A stretch of 64,000 nt of DNA from an uncultured Candidatus Binatia bacterium (lineage in GTDB: Bacteria; Desulfobacterota; Binatia; UBA9968; JAJDTQ01): the NCBI GenBank assembly GCA_965215605.1, contig OZ244070.1:2944001-3008000 (forward strand). Direction: 5' to 3'. The translations under genes were made by a program, and so were the position numbers. The notes beneath the pieces were generated by a model. It ran no database searches. It saw nothing but the letters and a program-made list of their open reading frames with translations, and was not told the DNA's origin. Below, piece by piece: positions 54,589-64,000 of the stretch (the stretch's first letter is position 1; each line of letters starts with the position of its first letter).

Positions 54589-54677
54589 CGGGAACGCCAA
54601 CCTAACACAAAGCCGGCGAAACGGTCAAAGTTGGCGCCTCCATTGGCGGCCTGCCGCGCGGGCATTGCGCGAGATCG

Positions 54678-55355
54678 CTAGCGGGCCTCGCTGTAGAGCC
54701 GCTTCAAGGCAGCCGGCGGCACGCCCGCGAGAAAGAGGATCTTCAACGCCCACATGAGCAGGATGGTCCGCACCGGGCCGTGCTGCTCCCACCGCCGGGC
54801 CGAGCTCACCACGCGAGACCGGAGACAGGCGATGCGGCCTTGCTTCTTGAGGGCGCGCGAGAACGCCACGTCCTCCATCAAGGGAATGTCGGGGAAACCG
54901 CCGAGGCGTTGGAAGACGGAGCGCCGGACGAAGATGGCCTGGTCCCCCGTGGCCACCCGGGTCAGGCGCGAACGCAGGCTGATCAGGCGGCCCACCAGCC
55001 GGAGCAGCGGACGCGCGCTGTCCAGGCGGATGTCGAACCGCCCGCCCACGCACTCCGGCTCGGCCATGCAGCCTTCGACGTCGGTCCTCGCGGTGGCGGG
55101 CAGGGCGGTGTCGGCGTGCAGGAACAGCAGCGTGTCGCCGCCGGCGTGCCGTGCGCCCTCGTTCATCTGCGCGGCGCGCCCCCGGGCGGATGTCACCAGC
55201 CGGGCGGCGCGGTCGCGCACGATTTCGGGCGTGCGGTCCGCGCTGCCGCCGTCGACGACGATGATCTCGAAAGGATCGATACGGCTCAGGTCTTCGATGG
55301 TGCCGCCGATGGTGCGTTCTTCGTTCAGGACGGGAATGATGACGGATAGCCGCAT
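54678..55355 (-). CDS. GT2 glycosyltransferase of the rSAM/arsenosugar-associated family (TIGR04283-like)
   Basis: SVIIPVLNEE, VDGGS.D, GRA.QMN.GA, FLHADT, GDQAIF, LMEDV, SARRW. Confidence 0.88.
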   Translation of the reverse strand: MRLSVIIPVLNEERTIGGTIEDLSRIDPFEIIVVDGGSADRTPEIVRDRAARLVTSARGRAAQMNEGARHAGGDTLLFLHADTALPATARTDVEGCMAEPECVGGRFDIRLDSARPLLRLVGRLISLRSRLTRVATGDQAIFVRRSVFQRLGGFPDIPLMEDVAFSRALKKQGRIACLRSRVVSSARRWEQHGPVRTILLMWALKILFLAGVPPAALKRLYSEAR

Positions 55356-55405
55356 GGACGGGTTGTCCGCGGGCCGGCGAGACGGGGACTCCGCGCCCCG
55401 TCCGG

Positions 55406-56365
55406 TCAGATCAACGCGCCTCCGCAACTGCTGCCGGTGCCGGCGGTGCAGGCGAAGCAATGATCGGCCGTGAGAATGGGGTGGTCCACGAAGTCCGCCG
55501 CCGAGAAGTCCCGGATGTGCGGCCGGCTGCCGTTCACCCGGCCCAGCGGCATGTCGAGCATCTGGTTGAAATCGCAGTCGTACACCGAGCCGTCCCATGC
55601 CACGCTCAGAAGGTCGCGGCACATGACCTTTTCCAACGTCTCCGCGTTGAAGTTGTCTTCCAGGAGCTGCAGGTAGTCGTCGTACTGACCCCGCTGCTTG
55701 AGAAACTTCTTGAAGCGGGTGATGGGCATGTTGGTCAGGCAATAGAGGTGGTTGAAGACGATCCCGAAGTCGTCCCCGAGCATGCGCCGGTAGTCCCCCT
55801 CGAGCTCTTCCTGCGGCGGCGGCAGGTAGTTGCCCATGGGGTTGTAGACCAGATTGAGCTCCAGCCCCGAATCCGGCCGGCCGTAGCCGAGCCGGTTCAA
55901 CTCCTGGAGCCCGCGCACGCTCAACTCGAAGGTGCCGTTGCCGCGCTGGCTGTCGACGTTCTCCCTGGTGTAGCAGGGCAGGGAGCAGATCACCTCGACC
56001 CGGTGTCGTTGGAAGAACTCGGGCAGGTACTCCTTGCCATCCTCGTAGAAGACCGTCAGGTTGCAACGGTCCATCACGTGGCGTCCCATGCCCCGGCAGG
56101 ACTCCACCAAGTGGTCGAAGTGGGGGTTCAGTTCCGGCGCGCCGCCGGTGATGTCGACGGTGCGGATGTCGGAGTTCTCGAGAAACCGGAGCACGTCGTC
56201 CACCGTGTTCCGGTCCATCATCTCCTTGCGGCCCGGCCCGGCCTCCACGTGGCAGTGGAAGCACGATTGGTTGCAGTACTTCCCCATGTTGACCTGGAGC
56301 ACCTGTAGTTTCTGCTTGCTCATGGCCCGGCCGCTTGCAGCGACCTTGTCGTCGAAGTTTACCGT
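55406..56365 (-). CDS. arsS: Radical SAM protein ArsS (arsenosugar biosynthesis / Cys-rich C-terminus family)
   Basis: LQVN.GKYCNQSCFHCHV, DITGGAPE, SLPCY, YDCDFNQM, HCFACTAG.GSSCGG; start either ACG 56365 after GGAGG or ATG 56323. Confidence 0.88.
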   Translation of the reverse strand, partial: TVNFDDKVAASGRAMSKQKLQVLQVNMGKYCNQSCFHCHVEAGPGRKEMMDRNTVDDVLRFLENSDIRTVDITGGAPELNPHFDHLVESCRGMGRHVMDRCNLTVFYEDGKEYLPEFFQRHRVEVICSLPCYTRENVDSQRGNGTFELSVRGLQELNRLGYGRPDSGLELNLVYNPMGNYLPPPQEELEGDYRRMLGDDFGIVFNHLYCLTNMPITRFKKFLKQRGQYDDYLQLLEDNFNAETLEKVMCRDLLSVAWDGSVYDCDFNQMLDMPLGRVNGSRPHIRDFSAADFVDHPILTADHCFACTAGTGSSCGGALI

Positions 56366-56528
56366 AACAACCTCCCGAGCACCGGATTGACCCGCGCCCC
56401 GCCGCAGTGTTGCAATTGGGCCTGTCTTGGTCAAGACTTGCAGCGATTTTTCTTGATATCCGGCACCGGTAACCGCTGCATCACGGAGGCTTCGGGGCCT
56501 TCATGACAGCCTGACTAACGGAGGCCTC

Positions 56529-57149
56529 GTGGACCCCCTTTCAAAAGAAATTCTGACCTTTTGGTTTTGCACCGTGGACCTGAGCGTCGAGATGGAGAAA
56601 CGCCAGGTATGGTTTCGGGCGACTCCGGAGTTCGACCGATATCTCGTCGAACATTACACGGAAATCCACGAACGGGCGGCCGCCGGCGAGTTGGACCATT
56701 TCAGGCGGACGCGGGAAGATTGCCTGACCCTGATCATGGCGCTGGATCAGTTCCCTCGGAACATCTACCGTGGTACTCCCCGCGCCTTCGCCACCGATGC
56801 CAAGGCCCGGGACATCGCCGCGTACGCTCTGGAGCAGGGTTACGACCAGGGTCTCGCCCGCTGGCCCCGGACCTTCTTCTACCTGCCCTTCGAGCACAGC
56901 GAGCGGCTGGCCGACCAGGAGCGGGCGCTGGTCCTCTACGGCAGCCTCGGCAACGAGGATTCCATGCGCGCCGCCGTCGGGCACCATGCCGCCATCAAGC
57001 GCTTTGGCCGTTTTCCCCATCGAAACGCCGTCCTGGGACGTCCCAACACCCCGGAAGAGGAAGAGTACCTCAAGGACCCGCCCCTTTGGGGCAAGACGGC
57101 GGCCGAGGCGGCGGAACTGGAGGAGCGGAAGGCGGCGGCAAAGGGATAG
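56529..57149 (+). CDS. DUF924 family protein
   Basis: FWF, LDQFPRN.YRGT..AFATD, FFYLPFEHSE, RFGRFPHRN..LGR. Confidence 0.92.
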   Translation: MDPLSKEILTFWFCTVDLSVEMEKRQVWFRATPEFDRYLVEHYTEIHERAAAGELDHFRRTREDCLTLIMALDQFPRNIYRGTPRAFATDAKARDIAAYALEQGYDQGLARWPRTFFYLPFEHSERLADQERALVLYGSLGNEDSMRAAVGHHAAIKRFGRFPHRNAVLGRPNTPEEEEYLKDPPLWGKTAAEAAELEERKAAAKG

Positions 57150-57155
57150 AAGCCG

Positions 57156-57336
57156 ATGATTCTGAACGGACAGCGGGGGCGTCAGCGCGGACACGGCTCT
57201 GCGTTTGGCGCGGTATTTCGGGACGACGCCGCAACTGTGGATGAACCTGCAAAAGACCTGGGAGCTTCGCCGGGCCGAGATCGAGGCAGGCCGCGAGATC
57301 GCCGAACGTGTCACTCCAAGACAGTCGGTGGCGTGA
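57156..57336 (+). pseudogene. higA: Truncated, frameshifted HigA-family antitoxin
   Basis: ILNGQRG then +1 shift in a G run to VSADTALRLARYFGTTPQLWMNLQKTWEL...; N-terminal HTH half absent. Confidence 0.8.
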
Positions 57337-57350
57337 CGAGGTGGTGACCG

Positions 57351-58448
57351 ATGCCTATCGAGATTCCGGTCACACGAGCCCGGGACCCGAAACTCCAGCC
57401 GCGTGACGATCAGCTCGGCTTCGGCCAGGTGTTCACCGATCACATGTTCCTCATGGACTGGGCGGTGGATACGGGTTGGGCCTACCCGCGCATTGTGCCC
57501 TACGGCCCGCTGGCGCTGGAACCGGCCACCGTCACGCTGCACTACGCCCAGAGCGTTTTCGAGGGGCTCAAGGCCTACCGCGGGCACGATGACGCCATCC
57601 GGCTGTTCCGGCCTGAGCGGAACATCGCCCGGTTCAACCGCTCGGCGGAGCGGCTGTGCGTGCCGCCCGTCGACCCGGAGCTGTTTCTGGCGGCGCTCAA
57701 GCAGCTCGTGGCGCTGGACCGGGACTGGGTGCCGCGGGCGCCGGGGACCTCGTTGTACATCCGTCCGGTGGCATTCGCGAGCGATGCCGACCTGCATGTG
57801 CGGCCGTCCCGCACCTACGTGTTCTTCATCATCCTCTCGCCGGTGGCGGCCTACTATGCCGAAGGCTTCAACCCGCTGCGGATTCGTGTGGAGGACCGCT
57901 ACGTCCGGTCGGTGCGGGGCGGCACCGGCGCGGCCAAGACCGCCGGCAACTATGCCGGCAGCCTGCTGGCCGGAGAAGAAGCCCAAAAGGACGGCTTTGC
58001 CCAGGTGCTGTGGCTGGACGGCATCAACCAGGAGTACATCGAGGAAGTCGGCTCGATGAACATCGCGTTCGTGATCGGCGACGAGTTGGTGACCCCGCCG
58101 CTTGCCGGCACCCTGCTGGAAGGGGTGACCCGCGACTCGGTGTTGCAGCTTGCCAGGGACGAGGGGATGCGGGTTGCCGAACGGCCGGTGAGCATTGCGG
58201 AAGTCATGGCCGCCGCGCGGGGCGGCACGTTGCGCGAGGTCTTCGGCACCGGCACCGCAGCGGTCATCTCGCCGGTGGGCGAGCTGGCTTACAGGGGTGA
58301 GCGGATCCGTGTCCATGACGGTGAGGTGGGTCCGGTGGCCCGGCGCCTTTACGACGTTCTCTCGGACATTCAGCGGGGCCGTCTGCCGGACCGGCACGGT
58401 TGGATGGCGGCGGTCGAGGACGGACAAGCAGAAAGGGGAAGCGCGTGA
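57351..58448 (+). CDS. ilvE: Branched-chain amino acid aminotransferase
   Basis: [55 protein letters not shown]. Confidence 0.95.
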   Translation: MPIEIPVTRARDPKLQPRDDQLGFGQVFTDHMFLMDWAVDTGWAYPRIVPYGPLALEPATVTLHYAQSVFEGLKAYRGHDDAIRLFRPERNIARFNRSAERLCVPPVDPELFLAALKQLVALDRDWVPRAPGTSLYIRPVAFASDADLHVRPSRTYVFFIILSPVAAYYAEGFNPLRIRVEDRYVRSVRGGTGAAKTAGNYAGSLLAGEEAQKDGFAQVLWLDGINQEYIEEVGSMNIAFVIGDELVTPPLAGTLLEGVTRDSVLQLARDEGMRVAERPVSIAEVMAAARGGTLREVFGTGTAAVISPVGELAYRGERIRVHDGEVGPVARRLYDVLSDIQRGRLPDRHGWMAAVEDGQAERGSA

Positions 58449-58987
58449 ACTACGATTGGATGGAAAGCCCGGTGGGGGATCTGCTGATCGCGGCGGACGA
58501 CGCCGCGCTGCGGATGATCAGCTTCCGCGGGGGCCGCTACCCCGGCAAGGTGCCGGAGGGCTGGCGCCGCGGCGGCGCGGTGGTGGCGGACGCGACCGCG
58601 CAGCTCGGCGAATACTTTGCGGGGCGCCGGCGACGGTTCGACCTGCCGCTGACCCCTCCGGGGACGCCGTTTCAGTTGCGCGTCTGGCAGGCGCTTCGGG
58701 AGATTCCCTACGGCGTCACCCGTTCCTACGGCGAGCAGGCCCGGGCCATGGGACAGCCCCGGGCGGTCCGCGCGGTGGGAGCGGCCAACGGTCGCAATCC
58801 GATTCCCATCGTCGTTCCCTGTCATCGGGTGATCGGCGGCGACGGGAGATTGACCGGCTACGCCGGCGGTCTCGACATCAAGAAGTTCCTGCTCGATCTG
58901 GAGAGTCGGTACACGGGCGCCGTCGGGCGGGCGGTCCCCCCGGCGGTTCCGGACCCGTTCAGCCGGGAAGACGGAGCACGGCCATGA
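58445..58987 (+). CDS. ogt: Methylated-DNA--protein-cysteine methyltransferase
   Basis: [29 protein letters not shown]. Confidence 0.95.
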   Translation: MNYDWMESPVGDLLIAADDAALRMISFRGGRYPGKVPEGWRRGGAVVADATAQLGEYFAGRRRRFDLPLTPPGTPFQLRVWQALREIPYGVTRSYGEQARAMGQPRAVRAVGAANGRNPIPIVVPCHRVIGGDGRLTGYAGGLDIKKFLLDLESRYTGAVGRAVPPAVPDPFSREDGARP

Positions 58988-59739
58988 GACTCGAGAATCG
59001 CGTTGCCCTCGTCACCGGCGCGGCCACGGGACTGGGTCGGGCCTATGCGGTGCGCCTGGCCGAGGAAGGCGCTCACGTGTGCGCCACGGACGTGAGTTTC
59101 GCCGGGGTCGAGGGCACCGCCCGGCTGGTTACGGCGGAGGGCCGCAAGGCCTTGGCTTTGGAGATGGACGTCACCTCCGAGAAGCAGACTCTCGAAGGCG
59201 CCAAAAGGGCCTTCGACCACTTCGGCCGCATCGATATCCTGGTGAACAACGCCGGCATCGTGCGCAACACGCCGCGGGTTCCCATCGAAGAGGCCGACGT
59301 GGCCGACTGGCACCGGATCATCGCGGTGAATCTCACCGGAACGTTTCTGGCGTCCCGGGCGGTGGTTCCCTACATGAAGCGGTCGCGCAAGGGCAAGATC
59401 ATCAACATCAGCTCCAGCGTGGCGCTTCACGGCCGCACTCTGAGCCATCAGTACGCGGCCTCCAAGATGGGGGTCATCGGGCTCACCCGGGCGCTGGCCG
59501 CGGACCTCGGCCCCTTCAACATCAACGTCAACGCCATCGCGCCGGGCGGGGTGGACACCTCGCAGGTGCGGGAGGCGCCGGAGACGCCGTCCGAGCACAT
59601 GCTGCGGCAGCGCTGCATCGAGCGTCACCTCTTGCCGGAAGACCTCGACGGCGTGGTGGTCTTCCTGGCCTCGGACGACAGCGACATGATCAGCGGTCAA
59701 CTGATCAACGTGGACGGCGGCCGGGTGTTCATCGCTTGA
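58984..59739 (+). CDS. Short-chain dehydrogenase/reductase (FabG-like)
   Basis: [30 protein letters not shown]. Confidence 0.9.
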   Translation: MRLENRVALVTGAATGLGRAYAVRLAEEGAHVCATDVSFAGVEGTARLVTAEGRKALALEMDVTSEKQTLEGAKRAFDHFGRIDILVNNAGIVRNTPRVPIEEADVADWHRIIAVNLTGTFLASRAVVPYMKRSRKGKIINISSSVALHGRTLSHQYAASKMGVIGLTRALAADLGPFNINVNAIAPGGVDTSQVREAPETPSEHMLRQRCIERHLLPEDLDGVVVFLASDDSDMISGQLINVDGGRVFIA

Positions 59740-59800
59740 CCCGCGCCGCCGCCGACCTTGGTTGAAGGAATTTCCGCGAGGACGACTCGCGGGCACGTGG

Positions 59801-61192
59801 CTAACCCGGGTAGGTGGCCTTCGCCTGACGGCCGTGGCCCTTCTTTCCCACCACCTTGCCGTCGCGGTACACGGTGGTGCCGCGCACGAACGTGCGCACG
59901 GGCCAGCCTTTCAGCGTGCGGCCGGCATAGGGCGACCAGCCGATGAGGCTCAGCACGTCCTCGTCCCGGATCTCCTTCTCGGCGTTGAGATCCACCAGCA
60001 CCAGGTCGGCGTCGTAGCCCACCTCGATGCGGCCCTTGTTGTGGACCCCGAAGATGCGGGCGGCCCCGGTGGAGGTGGCTTCCACCACCCGTTCCTGGGA
60101 GATCTTGCCCTTTGACGCGGCATCGAAGAGAAGACTCATGTAGTACTGCGCGGACGGCGTCCCGGTGTGGGCCTTCCAGCCGTCCTCCCAGCCGATCTCC
60201 TTTTCCTCGCGCGTGTGCGGCGCGTGGTCGGTGGCGACGATGTCGATGGTGCCGTCGCGCAGACCCTCCCACAGGGCCGGCGAGTTCTTCTCCGGGATCC
60301 AGTAGGAGAGGGCGTAGGAGCCCAGCCGCTCGATCTCGCTCCAGTCCGACCCCAGGAAGATCGCCCAGGGGTTGATCTCCGCGGTCACCCGCTGGCCGGC
60401 GTCCTTGGCCCGGCGGATCATCTCCACGGTGCCCTTGGTCTGGACGTGCAGTATGTGCAGGTGTACGCCGGTGGCCGCCTGCAGGCGGATGAGGAACTGG
60501 ATGGCGGTTTCCCAGATGACGCCGTCGTTTTCGGCATAGGCCTTGGCGTAGGCCAGGCAGTCGCGCTCCCCCCGGTCCCAGTACTTCTTTTCGATGTAGT
60601 CCATGAGGGGCTGATCGTGGGGATGCACCATGAGTGGCACGTTGGCCGCGGCGCACGTCTCCATGATCTCCATGAGCTTGCCGTGGTCGTGAACCCCGAT
60701 GCCGGGCATGTGCGGGTAGTCCCGCCCCGTGTCCACTACCATGAACACCTTGAATGCGCCGATGCCCATCTTGGCCAGCTTGGGGATCTCTTCCGGGATG
60801 GTCCCGGCCGGGTTGACGTTGAAGTCGATGATGGACTCCCGCTCATAGACTCCGAACAACTGCTCGAGGCGCGGCACCGTGTTGGGCGGCGGCGTCACGT
60901 TGGGCATGGCCACCGAGGTGGTGACCCCGCCGGCCGCGCACTGCATGGTGGCGGTGTGGATGTTCTCCTTGTAGTCGTAGCCGCCGGGCTCGCCCCCCTC
61001 GCGGTGATGCGAATGCATGTCCACGGCGCCGGGGATCAGCGCCAGATTCGAGGCGTCCACCACCTCCCCGGCCTCGGGCTCGGCGCCGGGCTGGTAGATG
61101 CCCGCGATGACACCGTCCTGGACGCCGACGGAGCCCTTGTGACGGTTGTTGGCGTAGATGATCTCGGCATTGGATATCAGCACGTCGAGCAT
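59801..61192 (-). CDS. Dihydroorotase/allantoinase-family cyclic amidohydrolase
   Basis: PGAVDMHSH, AAGGVT, MPN, FKVFM, ATDHAPH, KGRIEVGYDADLV, SPY.G..LKG. Confidence 0.85.
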   Translation of the reverse strand: MLDVLISNAEIIYANNRHKGSVGVQDGVIAGIYQPGAEPEAGEVVDASNLALIPGAVDMHSHHREGGEPGGYDYKENIHTATMQCAAGGVTTSVAMPNVTPPPNTVPRLEQLFGVYERESIIDFNVNPAGTIPEEIPKLAKMGIGAFKVFMVVDTGRDYPHMPGIGVHDHGKLMEIMETCAAANVPLMVHPHDQPLMDYIEKKYWDRGERDCLAYAKAYAENDGVIWETAIQFLIRLQAATGVHLHILHVQTKGTVEMIRRAKDAGQRVTAEINPWAIFLGSDWSEIERLGSYALSYWIPEKNSPALWEGLRDGTIDIVATDHAPHTREEKEIGWEDGWKAHTGTPSAQYYMSLLFDAASKGKISQERVVEATSTGAARIFGVHNKGRIEVGYDADLVLVDLNAEKEIRDEDVLSLIGWSPYAGRTLKGWPVRTFVRGTTVYRDGKVVGKKGHGRQAKATYPG

Positions 61193-61207
61193 GGAAGTTC
61201 TCCTTGG

Positions 61208-61804
61208 TTATGGTTTCAGCAGCCGCGCCAGCGTTGGGTAGTCCCGCGCCACCGGAAAGGCGGGGTAGCGTTCGGCGATGGCGTCCGGCGGATTGAACAG
61301 CACGCCGCGGTCCGCGGTGCGAAGCATGCTCAGGTCGTTGTAGGAATCCCCCGCCGCCACCACGCCGAAGCCGATTCCCTTGAACGCCTTGACCGCCTTG
61401 CGCTTGCCGTCCTTCTGGCGCAGCACGTAGCCCGAGATGTACCCGGACCGGCTCACCGTGAGCCAGTTGCAAAGCAGCGTCGGGTTCCCGAGCTTTCGGA
61501 TCAGCGGCATGGCGAACTCGTAGTAGGTGTCCGACAGCAGCACTACCGCCGGAAAGTCCCGCCGGAGGTCGTCCAGGAAGGCTTTGGCGCCGGGCAGCGG
61601 CTTCATGCCCTCGATGACGCCCTGGATGTCGGCGAGCCGGATCCGGTTCTTCCTGAGGATCTTCAGCCGGTACTGCATGAGTTGGTCGTAGTCGGAGATG
61701 TCCCGGGTGGTCAGCCTGAGGTCGTCGTTGTGGAAGTGGTCGGCAACGGCGATCCAGATTTCCGGCAGGAGGACCCCCTCCAGGTCTAGGCAGCAGATTT
61801 GCAT
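61208..61804 (-). CDS. thrH: Phosphoserine phosphatase / homoserine phosphotransferase
   Basis: CLDLEGVLLPEIW, TTRDI.DYD.LM, LSDTYYEFA, GDSYND. Confidence 0.93.
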   Translation of the reverse strand: MQICCLDLEGVLLPEIWIAVADHFHNDDLRLTTRDISDYDQLMQYRLKILRKNRIRLADIQGVIEGMKPLPGAKAFLDDLRRDFPAVVLLSDTYYEFAMPLIRKLGNPTLLCNWLTVSRSGYISGYVLRQKDGKRKAVKAFKGIGFGVVAAGDSYNDLSMLRTADRGVLFNPPDAIAERYPAFPVARDYPTLARLLKP

Positions 61805-61986
61805 GATATCGATACGTCCGGATTTGGGCCGCGGGCGGGCGATTCCGCGTACCGGAGTCAAGGCGTTTCTAGCACAGGACCGGACCGGAGCAAAACCTGG
61901 AGCGGAGACCGGCCGTCCTTGACAGTTTCGGGAACCCCGTGTCAATGAGAACACTTCACCGACCCATACGAAACAGGAGGAAAGCG

Positions 61987-62727
61987 ATGAGCATCAATAC
62001 CGGAACGGTGGATATCGCCGCCGAAGACGGCAAGTCCATGGGCCTTTACGTGGCCGCGCCCGAGGGCGGCGGCAAGAAGCCGGTGCTGCTGGTGATCATG
62101 GAGATCTTTGGCGTGAACGCCCACATGAAGGAAGTCACCGAGCGTTTCGCGGGTGAGGGCTACGTGGCCATCTCCCCGGATCTCTACTATCGGCTGGACG
62201 AGCGGATCATTCCCAACACCGACCGGGACGGCGCCTTTGCCGCCCGCGGCACCCTCTATGACACCAAGGTCATCGAGGACCTGAACCGCGCCATCGCCTA
62301 CGCCAAGGGACGCGACGACGTGGATCCGGACCGGGTGGGGATCATCGGCTACTGCTTCGGCGGCCGGGTGTCGTGGATGGCGGCGTGCAACTGCCCGGGC
62401 CTGGCGGCCAGCAGCCTGTACTACGGCGGCCAGATCGCCGGCGGCCAGCGGGGCGAGAAGAGCCCGGTGGAGCCGGTGACCCAGGGGAAGAACATCAAGA
62501 TACCGATGCAGTGCGTCTGGGGCGGGCAGGACCAGGGCATCCCGCAGGAGGCGCGCGACAGCATCGAGGGGACGCTGAAAGCCAACAACGTGGACTACGA
62601 GTGGCACCTCTACGAGGAGGCGGGCCACGCCTTCTTCTGCGACGACCGCCCGAGCTATCACGAGGCCTCGGCCAAGGATGTCTGGCCCAAGACCCTGGCA
62701 TTCCTGGGCAGGCACCTGAAAGCGTAA
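61987..62727 (+). CDS. Dienelactone hydrolase family protein
   Basis: EIFGVN, PDLY, GYCFGG nucleophile, YYG, AGHAF. Confidence 0.92.
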   Translation: MSINTGTVDIAAEDGKSMGLYVAAPEGGGKKPVLLVIMEIFGVNAHMKEVTERFAGEGYVAISPDLYYRLDERIIPNTDRDGAFAARGTLYDTKVIEDLNRAIAYAKGRDDVDPDRVGIIGYCFGGRVSWMAACNCPGLAASSLYYGGQIAGGQRGEKSPVEPVTQGKNIKIPMQCVWGGQDQGIPQEARDSIEGTLKANNVDYEWHLYEEAGHAFFCDDRPSYHEASAKDVWPKTLAFLGRHLKA

Positions 62728-62755
62728 GAGACCACCGTTTCAAGGAGGCACGTCA

Positions 62756-63592
62756 ATGGCAACCAAAGAATACCAGACGGTCCTGGTGGAGAAGGAGGAC
62801 GGCATCACCTGGGTGATCCTGAACCGTCCGGAAAAGCGGAACGCCATGAGCCCGCAGCTCCACTTCGACATGTACGACGCGGTCACCGAAGCCGAGGGAG
62901 ATCCCGAGACCCAGGTGATGGTCATCACCGGCGCCGGCAATAGCTGGTGCGCCGGCATGGATCTCAAGGAATTCTTCCGCGAGGGCGACAAGAACCCCGA
63001 GTTTCAGCGGAAGGTGGGCTGGGCCAGCCAGGAATGGCGCTGGCGCAAGCTCTTCACCTTTCCGAAGCCCACCATCGCCATGGTGAACGGCTTCTGCTTC
63101 GGCGGCGCCTTCACCCCGATGATCGCCTGCGACTTCGCCATCGCGTCGGAGGACGCGCTCTTCGGCCTGTCCGAGGTGAACTGGGGCATCCTGCCCGGCG
63201 GCCTGGTGAGCCGGGTGGTGACCGACATGATGACGCTCCGCGACGGCCTGTACCATGCCATGACCGGCGACCCGTTCGACGGCAAGAAGGCGGCGGAGAT
63301 GAGGCTCGTCACCTACGCGGTGCCGGCGGACCAACTCCGGGACGAGACCGTGAAGCTTGCGAAGAAGCTCATGGAGAAGAACCCCTGGGCGCTGCGGGCC
63401 ACCAAGCAGGCCTACAAGCTGGTGCGCGGCATGGACTACTCCCAGGCCGAGGACTATCTGGCCGCCAAGGAAGCCCAGATAAAGATGCAGGACCGGGAGA
63501 GCGGCTACGACGAGGGCATCAAGCAGTTCATCGACGACAAGACCTACAAGCCGGGTTTCGGTCCCATGGCCCGGGTCAACAAGGATTCCTAG
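62756..63592 (+). CDS. p-hydroxycinnamoyl-CoA hydratase/lyase-like crotonase, copy 1
   Basis: LNRPEKRNAMSP, AGMDLKE, KPTIAMVNG.CFGG, GLSEVNWG, KQF.DDK.YKPG. Confidence 0.88.
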   Translation: MATKEYQTVLVEKEDGITWVILNRPEKRNAMSPQLHFDMYDAVTEAEGDPETQVMVITGAGNSWCAGMDLKEFFREGDKNPEFQRKVGWASQEWRWRKLFTFPKPTIAMVNGFCFGGAFTPMIACDFAIASEDALFGLSEVNWGILPGGLVSRVVTDMMTLRDGLYHAMTGDPFDGKKAAEMRLVTYAVPADQLRDETVKLAKKLMEKNPWALRATKQAYKLVRGMDYSQAEDYLAAKEAQIKMQDRESGYDEGIKQFIDDKTYKPGFGPMARVNKDS

Positions 63593-63615
63593 CCGGATGC
63601 GGCGGAACTTGCGCC

Positions 63616-63644
63616 TTGACTCCGCCGACGCGACTGCATAGAGT
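63616..63644 (+). promoter_or_regulatory. Putative sigma-70 promoter for the second hydratase copy
   Basis: TTGACT-N17-TAGAGT, followed by AAGGAGG RBS and ATG 63691. Confidence 0.5.
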
Positions 63645-63690
63645 TGGCAGAATTTCAATCACCTGAAGGTTCCAAGGAGGTATCGTTTTA

Positions 63691-64000
63691 ATGGCGACGA
63701 AAGAATACAAGACAGTGCTGGTGGAGAAGGAGGACGGCATCACTTGGGTCATCCTCAACCGTCCGGAAAAGCGGAACGCCATGAGTCCGCAGCTCCACTT
63801 CGACATGTATGACGCGGTGACGGAATGCGAGGGGGATCCGGAAACGCAGGTCATGGTCATCACCGGCGCGGGCAATAGCTGGTGCGCCGGCCAGGACCTC
63901 CGGGAATACTTCCGCGAAGGCGACAAGAACCCGGCGCTCCGCCGGCAGGCGAGCTGGTGCAGCCAGGAATGGCGCTGGCGCAAGCTCTTCACCTTTTCCA
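63691..64000 (+). CDS. p-hydroxycinnamoyl-CoA hydratase/lyase-like crotonase, copy 2 (runs off the window)
   Basis: MATKEYKTVLVEKEDGITWVILNRPEKRNAMSPQLHF...AGQDLREYFREGD; near-identical to copy 1; absent from the ORF track because it has no stop in the window. Confidence 0.88.
   Translation, partial: MATKEYKTVLVEKEDGITWVILNRPEKRNAMSPQLHFDMYDAVTECEGDPETQVMVITGAGNSWCAGQDLREYFREGDKNPALRRQASWCSQEWRWRKLFTFS

Noticed and set aside
55406-55440. Possible selenocysteine recoding at the ArsS C-terminus
   Set aside because: The GSSxGG position is TGC (Cys), and the TGA comes after the complete motif
54678-56264. 528-aa ORF suggesting an N-terminally extended glycosyltransferase
   Set aside because: The extension is an off-frame read of arsS; GT2 homology starts at MRLSVIIP (55355)
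58195-59739. 514-aa ORF suggesting an extended SDR
   Set aside because: The extension overlaps ilvE and ogt out of frame; the SDR starts at 58984
61919-61945. TTGACA-N15-TGTCAA inverted repeat between divergent thrH and the dienelactone hydrolase gene
   Set aside because: Only 6-bp arms, no convincing -10 boxes and no assignable regulator

Overview
High-GC bacterial chromosomal window with about 55 protein-coding genes and no rRNA, tRNA, CRISPR array, integrase or transposase that I can recognise. The repeated amidohydrolases, UbiD, Fe/polyamine-class ABC transporter and sigma-54 system are typical of Binatia/deltaproteobacterial-type genomes (inference only). Housekeeping and metabolic genes include GH15, gnd, pgl, an FprA-like reductase, adk, glnE, hpf, a second RpoD-like sigma factor, a ZraSR-like two-component system beside degP with a sigma-54 promoter, a folM-folX/B-folK pterin operon, recQ, dppBC, arsS plus glycosyltransferase, ilvE, ogt and thrH. 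The most unusual parts are: (1) three tandem, mosaic, stand-alone pyruvate-carboxylase-type carboxyltransferase paralogs with altered substrate loops, next to UbiD, M20 and amidohydrolase genes; (2) an apparently circularly permuted, catalytically dead alpha/beta-hydrolase domain fused to a SAM methyltransferase; (3) a coupled ABC-type ATPase plus small PD-(D/E)XK-like protein pair that looks like an unnamed defence module; (4) an all-helical lipoprotein plus small helical protein pair; (5) a toxin-antitoxin hotspot with two vapBC pairs and a broken AbiEii gene, plus a frameshifted higA relic elsewhere; (6) duplicated hydroxycinnamoyl-CoA hydratase/lyase genes that differ at the phenol-binding tyrosines. 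All calls come from motif recognition by eye; no database searches were run.
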